A DNA stretch of 64,000 nucleotides from an uncultured Chlamydiae bacterium (GCA_963696295.1 CAVOJR010000001.1:736001-800000), one strand, 5' to 3'; counted from the stretch's first letter, positions 35,986 to 45,680 are shown. Notes: generated from the sequence alone by a model not told the origin. A program made the numbers and translations.

Positions 35986-37869
35986 TTATTTCACAATCGG
36001 CGTTTTCAGGCTCTTCCTGTAGTACCAATACCAAACCAGGAAAGTGATCAGCGCTATCGCCCAAATAATCCCGCGGGCCATATTCATGAAAGGATAGGGC
36101 TTTTGCGCCGGCGGGCCGATCCGCTCGCCGGGAGGCCACAGAATGAGACTCGGCGCCCCTTCCAGATTATTCTCAGGCACAAAGCCGAAAATCCTGCTGT
36201 CTGCGCTCATGGCATGGTTGTCGCCTAAGACAAGATAATGCCCCGCCGGAACATTCACGCCAAAGGTGCGAATATAATCTGCGTCGTAGCTGCCATCCGC
36301 TTTAACAGGCGGCCCGTAGTCTTTAAAAGGCGTATAAGGGCGGCTTTGGGAAGAGCGGTTGCTCCTCGCCTCTTCCTTCTCCAAAAAGCCTTTTAAAGCC
36401 AGATCATCCTTCTTTAAAATCGGCGCTCCCATCAAATAAAGGTCGCCATCGCGAAAATAGGCGTAGCGGTGGGGAAAAATATTCGGATGGTTAGAAGAGG
36501 GTTGAAAATAGGTATTCATCTCAATACCTAAATTAAAGAGCTTTTGCACATTGGCAGGGTCGTGTTTGTATATGGGATTGTCCTTGGCTACCATCGAAGG
36601 TACCCCTTGCCAGTTGATCTTTTCGGCTTTACCAAAATAAAATTCATATCTGCCATCGGGAACGCCCGGAAACTGCGGGCTGTAAGACCCATAGGGAGTG
36701 TGGTCCACGTCATAGCGCTTGGCCCGGCCGTTTTCAATATCAAACCGCGCCGTATACAGATGATTCATGATCTCATCCAGGTGGCTCTGCTGCAGCGGAA
36801 TAATAGACTTGAAGGGGTTCAGCACCGGAACCACCCCATGATTCGTCTGATAAAATTGAGGCCTGGGATAGGTCATGCTGGGGTGGTGGCTCAGTTCCAG
36901 GTAGAGAACGCCCTCACCAATTGTGCTCGTATCTACCGGCTGCATTTTAGCGAGCTCATCCTTGGTCAACAGCCTGGCCATGGCAAAATTGCCAATGCCG
37001 AAGACATCGCTGTAGGTTTGGACCTGATCGTGCTTCTCGTTAGTAGGCCGGTCGGTCACCCACTCCTTGCCGTTGAACACCTCCCCCTTCTCCTCGCCAA
37101 ACGGGGAAACAGTGATGCGGCCGACACCCTCATTCATCTGGTGGAACAGAAATTGCGTGGGGCTAGGATTGGTGACTCTCCCTTCAAATTCGAGGAATGG
37201 TATATGGTCCAAATGGGCCATCCAGGGGGCGTCGTTCAATTCCCTCAAAGGATTTCCCTCTTTATCGACTCCATAGAGCAGCCCGCCGTAGAAATAGATC
37301 GCATCGCCCGGTTTTCCGATCAGGCGTTTGATATATCTTTTTTTGGCCGGGAAAATCCAAAAGTAGGACCCTTCCGTGTCGGGCAAGGGGATATTGTCGG
37401 CGGAAAAAATCACCACCCCAGTCCTTTGGACAAGCGAGGGATCAAAATAGAAATGTTTGGTCTGCAAAGGGACATTGATGCCGAAGGCGGTTTTGGTCAC
37501 GGTCAAGCGATCTTTTTCGCGAAATGTGGGGCGCATCGAGCCGGTGGGGATTTCATAGGGTTCAAACCACATCTGCCGCACGATGGTGGCCACGATGAGC
37601 GCGAAGGCGAGTGCGCCTACCAATTCGATCAAATAGACCAGCGGGGATTTTTTCATATGCTCTTTGCCGAAGGCTTCAATTTCTTTGATCAGGCGGCTGG
37701 CCTCAACCCGGTTTTGATCCAGAAGGGCCTGGTCGGCCTGCTTCATGAGCTGCTCGATCTCCCCTTTCGCGTTTTTAGGAAGGGTATCCCCATATTTCAA
37801 AAAACATTTATAGTTTTTCTTGAGGATTTGGCGGCTTTTATGCAGGGTATAGGGGCGATTAAAAAACAT
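35986..37869 (-). CDS. lepB: Signal peptidase I (large chlamydial type)
   Basis: IPTGSMRPT (Ser), YIKRLIGKPGD (Lys), LGDNHAMSADSRIFGFVP. Confidence 0.95.
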   Translation of the reverse strand: MFFNRPYTLHKSRQILKKNYKCFLKYGDTLPKNAKGEIEQLMKQADQALLDQNRVEASRLIKEIEAFGKEHMKKSPLVYLIELVGALAFALIVATIVRQMWFEPYEIPTGSMRPTFREKDRLTVTKTAFGINVPLQTKHFYFDPSLVQRTGVVIFSADNIPLPDTEGSYFWIFPAKKRYIKRLIGKPGDAIYFYGGLLYGVDKEGNPLRELNDAPWMAHLDHIPFLEFEGRVTNPSPTQFLFHQMNEGVGRITVSPFGEEKGEVFNGKEWVTDRPTNEKHDQVQTYSDVFGIGNFAMARLLTKDELAKMQPVDTSTIGEGVLYLELSHHPSMTYPRPQFYQTNHGVVPVLNPFKSIIPLQQSHLDEIMNHLYTARFDIENGRAKRYDVDHTPYGSYSPQFPGVPDGRYEFYFGKAEKINWQGVPSMVAKDNPIYKHDPANVQKLFNLGIEMNTYFQPSSNHPNIFPHRYAYFRDGDLYLMGAPILKKDDLALKGFLEKEEARSNRSSQSRPYTPFKDYGPPVKADGSYDADYIRTFGVNVPAGHYLVLGDNHAMSADSRIFGFVPENNLEGAPSLILWPPGERIGPPAQKPYPFMNMARGIIWAIALITFLVWYWYYRKSLKTPIVK

Positions 37870-38046
37870 TTGAAACCTTGAGAAATTCACAACCTTCAAT
37901 CGTAAGAAATAAACCCGCAAAAAGCAATCAAAAACACACCACCGCCTTTTGTACGCCATTTCCCCCTAAACGATTGATCATAAACCTGTTTTTCTGTGGA
38001 GAAACTGTAGATAAACGCCCTGCAAACAATATATATCTCTTTATAT

Positions 38047-38159
38047 ATCAACATTTTATGCCTGTATAAATTTGTCGATAGAAATATGCACGAGGAGTTT
38101 ATAGCGCTAGCTATGGACGGCGAGCCCGAAATGCTCTGCAAGAAAAACTAAATGTTGAT
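38047..38159. repeat. Palindromic element copy 2 (degenerate, intergenic)
   Basis: Core gcacgaggagtttatagcgctagctatggacggcga (38088-38123) nearly matches the copy 1 core; flanked by 10-bp IR atcaacattt / aaatgttgat. Confidence 0.7.
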
Positions 38160-38210
38160 TAATTAATAATATATTGATACTATATTTTATTACAATTAAT
38201 AAGGTGAGTT

Positions 38211-38612
38211 ATGAGTTCAATAGTTCAGGTTTGCGGCAATCTCGTTGCTGGATCGATGCAATTATTACCGTTTCTTCCCATACACAAGTCGTTTATAAAT
38301 GAAAAAAATAAAAAATTTACAGCTATTTACCGGAAGTATTTATTTCCTTACTGCGGAGCATCTATGGGCGTGATGGCCTACCAAGCTATTGCTCTAACCG
38401 GTAACCGCTCACTTTTAGCCAATAAAGCGATCATCAGCCTAGGTGTCGCAGCCGCCGGAGCACTCACCTTAAAAATAGCTAAGGATAAACAAAAATTTGT
38501 GCTCGTTAACCTTATGGCAAACGCCATACTGGGAGCCGCCTCTATTTATAAAGGCCACTACGCTTACGGCCTCTCCGCCTTGGCTTCTCCGGCTCTGATG
38601 ATCATTCTATAA
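38211..38612 (+). CDS. Hypothetical membrane protein
   Basis: 133 aa, several hydrophobic segments, AAGGTG RBS. Confidence 0.65.
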   Translation: MSSIVQVCGNLVAGSMQLLPFLPIHKSFINEKNKKFTAIYRKYLFPYCGASMGVMAYQAIALTGNRSLLANKAIISLGVAAAGALTLKIAKDKQKFVLVNLMANAILGAASIYKGHYAYGLSALASPALMIIL

Positions 38613-39308
38613 CTTCATATCCCGGCCCGAATCGACAATCCTGAGTTTGGCCCTTTCCACCATGCCGCTGACCTGCAGCCAGAAAGGAAAATAGGAAGGA
38701 TACTTGTCGCTCTCCGCAGGGATGTAAACCAGAATCTCCTTGCCCCCCAAATCGCTGCCGTCGCGCGGCCAATAGGTTTTCCAGGCTTCAAACGGCACAT
38801 TCACAACGGTTTGCCCGTCGACGACCATTTTTGGCTGCCACAAGTTGCGCATCTCATCCCCTCCCGCGCGCGCGATCTTTTTCCTGTCGTGATAGGGGAC
38901 ATGGATCAGCCTCAGATTGAGCAGCGTCGATAAAAACACATTGGCCTTCGAGGTATCCAGCCTCTGGTTCAACGTGCGGGAATAGTAGTTTTGCAAAGTT
39001 CCCGTCTCACCGTTAATGACATAGCGCACCCAGCAGCAGTTATTGGGCGCTCCCTGAGAGACCCACCCTTTCCAGTTAAAACGCTCTTTGGAAACGTAAT
39101 TCCCCGGCACTGATATTTCTTCAATCGAAATCATCCCGCCCGCCTTATCATGGATCAGCATGACCGTGTATGTTTTATTTTGATAGGTCACGATAAAATC
39201 GCCCGGTTTCGCGCGATCGAAATTTTCTTTTAAATAAAGATCTCCAAAACACTTACAGCAAAAAAGGACAAAAATAGAGAAAAAAATCGTTTTTTGAAAC
39301 ATGCGCAT
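38607..39308 (-). CDS. Conserved chlamydial exported protein (CT021-like)
   Basis: Signal-like N-terminus; AKPGDFIV...IEEI...WP.DGS.L...FPFW...DSG pattern recalled from chlamydial CT021; lies upstream of lepB. Confidence 0.6.
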   Translation of the reverse strand: MRMFQKTIFFSIFVLFCCKCFGDLYLKENFDRAKPGDFIVTYQNKTYTVMLIHDKAGGMISIEEISVPGNYVSKERFNWKGWVSQGAPNNCCWVRYVINGETGTLQNYYSRTLNQRLDTSKANVFLSTLLNLRLIHVPYHDRKKIARAGGDEMRNLWQPKMVVDGQTVVNVPFEAWKTYWPRDGSDLGGKEILVYIPAESDKYPSYFPFWLQVSGMVERAKLRIVDSGRDMKL

Positions 39309-39374
39309 CCTATATGAAAGGTAATATAGCCTTCAGTATACCAAATACCATTTTAACATGGGGAGACTAATTTT

Positions 39375-39917
39375 ATGGAATCCGTTCACCAATTTCTTTC
39401 AACCAAAGTCATTATAAAAAAAGGGGATATCACAAAGGAAAAAGTTGAGGCGATCGTCAACGCCGCGAATGGCGGCCTGCTCGGCGGACTCAACATCGAC
39501 AACTCGATCCACCGCGCAGGGGGGCTCGCCCTCTTTGAAGAGTGTAAACGGATTAAGGAACAGCAGGGGCGCTGTCCCACCGGCGAAGCGGTAATCACCA
39601 CCGCCGGAAATTTGCCCGCCAAATTTGTCATCCACGCCGTAGGTCCTGTCTGGCGCGGCGGTGATTTCCAGGAGGATGAAATGCTGGAGAAAACATACCT
39701 TAGCAGCATGAATCTCGCCCTGGAACACCGCGTGCAAACCATCGCCTTTCCGCCTATCAGCGTCGGCCCCTACGGCTATCCGGCCGACCGGGCGGCCAAG
39801 ATCACTTTCCAGACGATTAAGGATTTTATCGTACAAAAAAGCTTTCCTCTTGAGGAAATGCGCTTTGTCCTCTACGAGGATGCCGATTATCACGCCTATA
39901 TAGGAGCTTTTGCTTGA
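39375..39917 (+). CDS. Macro domain protein (YmdB/MacroD-like)
   Basis: GDIT...AIVNAAN, IHAVGP, IAFPPIS.G.YGYP. Confidence 0.9.
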   Translation: MESVHQFLSTKVIIKKGDITKEKVEAIVNAANGGLLGGLNIDNSIHRAGGLALFEECKRIKEQQGRCPTGEAVITTAGNLPAKFVIHAVGPVWRGGDFQEDEMLEKTYLSSMNLALEHRVQTIAFPPISVGPYGYPADRAAKITFQTIKDFIVQKSFPLEEMRFVLYEDADYHAYIGAFA

Positions 39918-41044
39918 AGATCATTATCGCGCCGCAGGCGTTTAAAGGAAACATCTCCGCTTTTGATGCCGCTAAGGCCATCCAAAAGGGCATTCAGCGG
40001 GTTTACCCCGCTGCCGAAACAATTCTTAACCCCGTTGCTGACGGAGGCGACGGGACGCTAGACGCTCTCATGCGCACGCTGGGAGGCACTCTCAAAATGG
40101 CCGAGGCCATCAACGCCGCGGGAGACCCTTGCCGCGTCATCTGGGGCGTGCTGCCCGACGGAACAACAGCGGTGATCGAGATGGCCAAAGTGTGCGGCCT
40201 CGCCAATATGAAAAAGCCGAACCCTCTGCACGCCACCACCTTTGGATTAGGGATGGTGATAAAAAAAGCCTTAGACGCAGGCTTCCGCGAGTTTATCATC
40301 GGCCTAGGAGGCAGCGCGACCAACGACGCCGGCGCTGGCATGGCTGAAGCGCTAGGCGCCAAGTTTTTGGATCAGAATAATCAGCCTCTCGCAAAAGGGG
40401 GCCTCGCTTTGCAAAATCTCTCCCGCATCGATTTGAGCAGCCTCGACCCAAGAATCAAGGAGTCCCATTTTCTGATAGCCTGCGATGTGAACAACCCAAT
40501 GATTGGCCAAGAAGGGGCTTCCCGTATTTACGCTCCCCAAAAAGGGGCCGGACCGGCGGAAGTCGAGGAGCTGGAAAAAGCTTTAACCCGCTTTGCCGCC
40601 ATCGCTGGCAAGGATAGTGGCACCCTGAAGTGGGGCGGGTCTGCCGGCGGAACGGCTGCCGGAGCGGCTCTTTTTCTCAATGGACAGCTCATGCCGGGCA
40701 TCGATCTTATTTTGGAGAAGCAAAATTTTGATCAGCTGCTGCAAAACGCCAATCTGGTAATCGTCGGAGAAGGGCGGCTGGACAATCAGACGGCGAACTA
40801 TAAAGCCCCCTTTGGGATTGCCAAAAGGGCCAAAGCGAAGAACATCCCCGTGATCGCGATCGTGGGGTCCGCAGACATTGCCAGGCCCGATGGAATAGAC
40901 GCGGTGATGCCCCTCACCTTCGCCCCTCATGCGAAGATCCCCCGGCATACCGCCGAACTGATCACAGAGGCCGCGGAGCAGGCGATGCTGCTCACAACCT
41001 TGTTAGTCGGGCCTGAACCCCCCCTTGCTATGAAAAAAAAATAA
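39914..41044 (+). CDS. Glycerate kinase (GlxK/GarK family)
   Basis: IIIAPQAFKG, PVADGGDGT, GLGGSATNDAG, APQKGA, GEGRLD.QT. Confidence 0.93.
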   Translation: MKIIIAPQAFKGNISAFDAAKAIQKGIQRVYPAAETILNPVADGGDGTLDALMRTLGGTLKMAEAINAAGDPCRVIWGVLPDGTTAVIEMAKVCGLANMKKPNPLHATTFGLGMVIKKALDAGFREFIIGLGGSATNDAGAGMAEALGAKFLDQNNQPLAKGGLALQNLSRIDLSSLDPRIKESHFLIACDVNNPMIGQEGASRIYAPQKGAGPAEVEELEKALTRFAAIAGKDSGTLKWGGSAGGTAAGAALFLNGQLMPGIDLILEKQNFDQLLQNANLVIVGEGRLDNQTANYKAPFGIAKRAKAKNIPVIAIVGSADIARPDGIDAVMPLTFAPHAKIPRHTAELITEAAEQAMLLTTLLVGPEPPLAMKKK

Positions 41045-41152
41045 ACTTTGTTCGTCGTCCAACCCTTCCAGGGTTGAACGACTCACAAATCTCATTTTTC
41101 ATTTCACAAATCTCTATTTTTTTTCATTCGCAAGGGTTTCTCAGGCCCGACT
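41005..41152. repeat. Palindromic element copy 3 (reverse orientation), overlapping the glycerate kinase 3' end
   Basis: Perfect 12-bp terminal IR agtcgggcctga / tcaggcccgact, extending imperfectly to about 40 bp; central hairpin 41054-41082 reads gagtcgttca...tggacgacgaa on the minus strand. Confidence 0.8.
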
Positions 41153-41154
41153 CG

Positions 41155-41610
41155 CTATAACTTACTGTGCACCCTACTCTGCACTTTGGCCGCCATCTCC
41201 TTTACTTTTGCGCTTAAGGCATAGTAAAGCCGCTCGGTGACGCCCGGGTCGCCAAGGTGCCACTCAGAGGGGAGCTGCGCCAGGGCCCACCGCTCGCAGT
41301 CATCGATCAATGCCCGCTGCGTTCTGAGGGAAGGGTCTTCCCGCCCCTTTTGCGCCAGGGTTCTGATTTCCGCCTCGGCAATCTTGCGAATGATGCGGGA
41401 ACAATACATTCCCCGCAGTATCAGCTGCTGCACAACAGTCACCTCATGCAATTCGCCGCTCAAAGGATCTCTTCCAGGCGAATCCATAATCGTTTGCGCT
41501 ATCAGATGAATTTCTTCATCCACATTCACATTTTTTTCTTTGGCTTTTTTAATCCATTGATCAGTTGTCAACGTTAATTGTTGCAAATCCCAAGTTGTTT
41601 TAGGTTCCAT
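41155..41610 (-). CDS. Hypothetical protein
   Basis: 151 aa ORF with GGGAGG RBS. Confidence 0.7.
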   Translation of the reverse strand: MEPKTTWDLQQLTLTTDQWIKKAKEKNVNVDEEIHLIAQTIMDSPGRDPLSGELHEVTVVQQLILRGMYCSRIIRKIAEAEIRTLAQKGREDPSLRTQRALIDDCERWALAQLPSEWHLGDPGVTERLYYALSAKVKEMAAKVQSRVHSKL

Positions 41611-41658
41611 TTTCTACCTCCCTTGGTGAAAATGTCTGCCTCCAGAATACCCCCTGAA

Positions 41659-41919
41659 TCACTTTTTATGGAATAAAATATTTATTTGATAATCGGTTCT
41701 TATGAGGAGGGTCTTTTCCCGAGAGGTGTGACCCCGCACGATGGTGATTAATGATTTTGCAATCTTAAGTTCGCGGCTCAAAAAACGGATCAATTCCTCA
41801 TTCGCTTCCCCTTTTTCCGGGACAGCTTTGAGGCGCACCTTCAGGACTTCACCTTCCCACCCCACAATTTCGCTCCGGCTCGCTTTTGGAATCACTTTGA
41901 CATGCAACAGGTTATCCAT
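41659..41919 (-). CDS. DUF167 / YggU family protein
   Basis: VKVIPKASRSEI, AVPEKGEANEELI, GHTSREK. Confidence 0.9.
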   Translation of the reverse strand: MDNLLHVKVIPKASRSEIVGWEGEVLKVRLKAVPEKGEANEELIRFLSRELKIAKSLITIVRGHTSREKTLLIRTDYQINILFHKK

Positions 41920-42400
41920 GGCGTTTGCAGATAAGCTTGATCTCCAATCCCACATCCTGATGCTGCACGTCAAAACCGTCAAGCAAACGGGTAATAGCCT
42001 CTTTTTGAGCAGCCGGAAATGAAAGGTATAAGGTGCCGTTCTTACCCAGGATCCGTTTGATATTTTCCAGGGCCTTTACCTGGTCCTCTTCGGAAAGCTT
42101 GGCAAAAAAACCTGTCAGCCAAACCCCCTGGAACGCGTCCGCTTCATATTTGACACTCAGCGCACTCCCCACCACAAATTCTAAATCTATGAGCGTATGG
42201 CGAGCGGTCTCAATTTTCACCCGGTCATTATCAAGCCCGATCACTTTAAAACCCTCCTGGCTGATATCGAAATTAATTTTCCCGTCGCCGCATCCCACGA
42301 CGAGAATCAAGGATTTTTTGGGGATCTGCTCTAAAAACTTCATAATGAAGGTTTTATGGGGACTCAAAGTATAGGGCTGAAATTCGGTAACGGCTAACAT
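41912..42400 (-). CDS. Class I SAM-dependent methyltransferase
   Basis: ILVVGCGDG, VIGLD, RILGKNG. Confidence 0.8.
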   Translation of the reverse strand: MLAVTEFQPYTLSPHKTFIMKFLEQIPKKSLILVVGCGDGKINFDISQEGFKVIGLDNDRVKIETARHTLIDLEFVVGSALSVKYEADAFQGVWLTGFFAKLSEEDQVKALENIKRILGKNGTLYLSFPAAQKEAITRLLDGFDVQHQDVGLEIKLICKRHG

Positions 42401-42469
42401 GTAAGATCTTTTGGTATAAAAGAAAAACGATTATAGATTAAAGTAAGCATTACTTGCAATGGAGCTGAG

Positions 42470-42661
42470 ATGGAAAAGAATTTAGCTTTGATAACGGCCG
42501 GCCTCGTGTTCTTTCTGGTCGCCATGATTCATCTATATCGGCTGATCCACCCCTTTAACCTGACGGTCGGAACCTATTCCGTCCCTTTATGGGTCAACGC
42601 GGCTGCCTTTGTCGTCACAGGTCTTTTGTCCCTGTGGATGTTTTACTCCCTGAAGGGATGA
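42470..42661 (+). CDS. Small two-TM membrane protein
   Basis: 63 aa hydrophobic ORF; GGAG RBS. Confidence 0.65.
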   Translation: MEKNLALITAGLVFFLVAMIHLYRLIHPFNLTVGTYSVPLWVNAAAFVVTGLLSLWMFYSLKG

Positions 42662-44141
42662 TATAGGAGTGGGCCCTTTTAAACCGCACGTTCTCAACCA
42701 GTTTGATTTTTAAATCATAGAGTGATTTTTCCATTCCCACGACATATTGATGCGGATTCAAAAAGCGCTTGACGCCGGCGTAAAATTGGTCGAGATCCTC
42801 TTTCGCTTTTTTCTGAATATCCTGCAGTTTGGGCAAAGCGTACACGAGCTCCCCCTCTCTGAATACCGGGACAAGCAAATCCTGCCCTTCGACATTCCTC
42901 GTCAATATTTTCTGCCGGGTGGCGTCGAACGGATCGATCAAATGGCACCCTTCGCTCAAATCGGTATGCACGTCGTAAATCACGTCGGCAATAAACTCAT
43001 TGTTTTTCTTAAACCTTTTTACCTGCAAAATGCCGGGATTTGAAATCTTGGCCATCTGCTCCGACAGCTTGATTTTGTACTTCCAGGGGCCTCCGGGATC
43101 GCGGATCGCAGAGAGTTTGTAAACCCCATCGAGAGCCGGCTGCTGGTCCCCTGTGACCAGTTTCGTGCCGATCCCCCACACGGTAATTTGCGCCCCCTGC
43201 CGCTTCAGATCGGCGATCAGCGTTTCATCCAGTTCATTAGTGGCAAAAATGCTGGTCTCTGTAAAGCCCGCCTGGTCCAGCAGTTCACGGCTTTTTTTGC
43301 TTAAGTAATAAAGATCCCCAGAATCAAGCCTGACGCCGATGAGTTTTTTCCCCCTTTCCGCAAGCCACTTGCCCACCTCGATCGCCTTCTCTACCCCTTC
43401 AAGGGTGTTGTACGTATCGACCAGGAGGACCACATTGTCCGGAATCATCTTGGCATAGGTCTCAAAGGAAGCGAGTTCGTCGTCGAACACCATCACCCAG
43501 CTATGGGAATGGGTCCCTTTGACCGGAATATTAAATAATTTGGCCGCCAGCACATTGGAAGTGCTGTTGCAGCCGCCGATATAGGCCGCCCTGGCCGCCG
43601 TTAACGCTCCGTCGATCCCTTGCGCCCGCCTAAGGCCGAACTCCATCAGGTAATCTTCCTCAGCTGCGATGCGCATGCGGGCCGCCTTAGTGGCGATCAG
43701 TGTGGGAAAGTTGATCAGATTGAGCAGAGGGCTTTCTAAAATCTGGCATTGGATCAAAGGCCCCCGCACTCTGACCATGGGCTCATAAGGGAATACCACA
43801 GTCCCTTCTGGCATCGCGTCGACATCGCAAGTGAATACCAAATCGCCCAAATACGCGAGGAAGTCATCGCTGAAAAGGCGTTCTCCATTGTCTGTTTCCT
43901 GCTTGGCCAAAAATTTCAAATCGCTTTGATCGAAGCGAAAATTGGCCAGAAAATTGACAATGCCTTCCAGACCGGCTGCGATTGTAAAGCCCCCCTTGAA
44001 AGTCGGACGGCGAAAAAAGAGGTGGAAGACCGCCTCCTTTTTATCCAGGCCCGCTTTCCAATAGGCATAGGACATCGTCAATTGATAGAAGTCGGTCAAA
44101 AGCGCCAACGATTGATTATAAATATTTGAACTGATAGTCAT
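42615..44141 (-). CDS. pncB: Nicotinate phosphoribosyltransferase
   Basis: LLTDFYQLTM, EFGLRRAQG, GTHSHSW, LVDTY, VRLDSGDL, GVYKL. Confidence 0.95.
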   Translation of the reverse strand: MTISSNIYNQSLALLTDFYQLTMSYAYWKAGLDKKEAVFHLFFRRPTFKGGFTIAAGLEGIVNFLANFRFDQSDLKFLAKQETDNGERLFSDDFLAYLGDLVFTCDVDAMPEGTVVFPYEPMVRVRGPLIQCQILESPLLNLINFPTLIATKAARMRIAAEEDYLMEFGLRRAQGIDGALTAARAAYIGGCNSTSNVLAAKLFNIPVKGTHSHSWVMVFDDELASFETYAKMIPDNVVLLVDTYNTLEGVEKAIEVGKWLAERGKKLIGVRLDSGDLYYLSKKSRELLDQAGFTETSIFATNELDETLIADLKRQGAQITVWGIGTKLVTGDQQPALDGVYKLSAIRDPGGPWKYKIKLSEQMAKISNPGILQVKRFKKNNEFIADVIYDVHTDLSEGCHLIDPFDATRQKILTRNVEGQDLLVPVFREGELVYALPKLQDIQKKAKEDLDQFYAGVKRFLNPHQYVVGMEKSLYDLKIKLVENVRFKRAHSYIIPSGSKTSTGTKDL

Positions 44142-44192
44142 GTCAACAAAGTAGCACTCACCTCCCATTTCGGTAAAGCCCAAATTCACTGT

Positions 44193-44222
44193 TTGACAAA
44201 AAATCACAGCTTTTTATATAAT
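44193..44222 (+). promoter_or_regulatory. Consensus sigma70/sigma66 promoter
   Basis: TTGACA (44193-98) N18 TATAAT (44217-22). Confidence 0.65.
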
Positions 44223-44249
44223 TTCGAGCGAATTTTAATACAGGCTTAT

Positions 44250-44609
44250 ATGAGTATTAATAACTTCACTGATGAAGCTGCTTTTAATAATATTTCAAGG
44301 TTGATTAATCATACAAAAACGGAATTGGCAAGATTAAACACTGAGCTTGAGTCCTGTAAACCAAAAATGATTTTGATAATAGAGGGGGGCAGCCCCATCT
44401 CCGAGTTTCTCCCAATCACAGAGTTTGAAGGGACTCTCCAAAAAATTGCCAAAATTAAATCTGCCGTGGAACTGCTGGAAAGCAAATTAAACGATGCGGT
44501 CAGACAGGAAATATTCAAAAGACTGATTAAGCCCGTTGCCGAATCAATCGCCCTATTGCGTCGCACCTGCGTTATCTACTCGGAAGCGCATCGAGCGATG
44601 TCTTCTTGA
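44250..44609 (+). CDS. Hypothetical coiled-coil protein, paralogue 1
   Basis: ISRLINHTKTELARLNTEL...PK shared with the next gene. Confidence 0.65.
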   Translation: MSINNFTDEAAFNNISRLINHTKTELARLNTELESCKPKMILIIEGGSPISEFLPITEFEGTLQKIAKIKSAVELLESKLNDAVRQEIFKRLIKPVAESIALLRRTCVIYSEAHRAMSS

Positions 44610-44656
44610 CAAATTAAACTCATTATTTTATTTTTATCGCTTCACAGGAGTAGAAG

Positions 44657-45037
44657 ATGAGTTCGATTATAAGACCCGCCACAACGACTATCATTAACTT
44701 TTTTGATCTCGAGCGGATCTCATCAGTTATTGATCACACAAAAATCGAACTGGAGAAGTTGGATAAAGAACTTCAATTCTATCGTCCTAAGAACGGCCGC
44801 ACCATAACGGATTTGAATTCGGGACAAGCCGGTTACCTTCCCATCCTCAAACAGAAAGACCCAAACGCACTGGCTGCGATAGAGAACATCAAACTTTCTA
44901 TTGAAAAACTATCCGAACAATTTGCGAGGGACACGAAAGGCTTTGAGAAATCATTGGAGGGGCAAATAACGCCCATCCTCGACCTGATCGAAGGCCTGAC
45001 AATCGCCTGCGGCAGCTATAGAGCCGGCCACCGGTGA
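44657..45037 (+). CDS. Hypothetical coiled-coil protein, paralogue 2
   Basis: ISSVIDHTKIELEKLDKEL...PK; AGGAG RBS. Confidence 0.7.
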   Translation: MSSIIRPATTTIINFFDLERISSVIDHTKIELEKLDKELQFYRPKNGRTITDLNSGQAGYLPILKQKDPNALAAIENIKLSIEKLSEQFARDTKGFEKSLEGQITPILDLIEGLTIACGSYRAGHR

Positions 45038-45237
45038 AAATTATATTTGTCTCCCATAGCACTACCTTTGACAATGAGCAAAAGATCGCCTCGGGCTGGT
45101 CCGACGCGCCCCTATCCCCTTTGGGCCAAAAACAGGCCGCCGCCCTTGGCGACACCTATAGATACACCGCTCTTGACGCCATTTATCCCTGGACGCGAGA
45201 AAACTCGGTCCTTTAGGTCCGAGATGAATCGCGCCAA

Positions 45238-45657
45238 TTAAATTTGGGGAGATTGTTGTTGCTCAATATATTGCCTTATTACCTCGAGTGGTGCTCCTCC
45301 GCAAGCCCCTGCAAAATAACTGGGGGACCAAAGACTTCCTTCCCACAAAGCATGTCGAATGCTTGGATACTCTTGTTTGCGAATTAATCTTGAAGAAACA
45401 CCTTTCAAACAATTCACTAATTTTGAGACGGCTACTTTGGGTGGATAGTTGACAAGAAGATGAACATGATCATCTTCTCCTTCAAATTCAACCAATTGGG
45501 CTTCAAAGTCATTACATACATTAACGAAAATTGTTCTTAATTCCTCGAGTATCTGCCTGGTAAAAACTTTTCTTCGAAATTTTGTGACAAAGACCAAATG
45601 AACATGCATGAGAAAAACACACGTTCTACCTCTTCTTAAATCTGTTGACGTATTCAT
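45238..45657 (-). CDS. tnpA: Y1 HUH transposase
   Basis: HLVFVTKFRR, DHVHLL, KGVSSR, LWSPSYF, QYIEQQ. Confidence 0.95.
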   Translation of the reverse strand: MNTSTDLRRGRTCVFLMHVHLVFVTKFRRKVFTRQILEELRTIFVNVCNDFEAQLVEFEGEDDHVHLLVNYPPKVAVSKLVNCLKGVSSRLIRKQEYPSIRHALWEGSLWSPSYFAGACGGAPLEVIRQYIEQQQSPQI

Positions 45658-45680
45658 AGGCCAAAGCATATCATGCTCCT

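Noticed and set aside
36544..37881. 445-aa plus-strand ORF
   Set aside because: Antisense shadow of lepB; no motifs or RBS.
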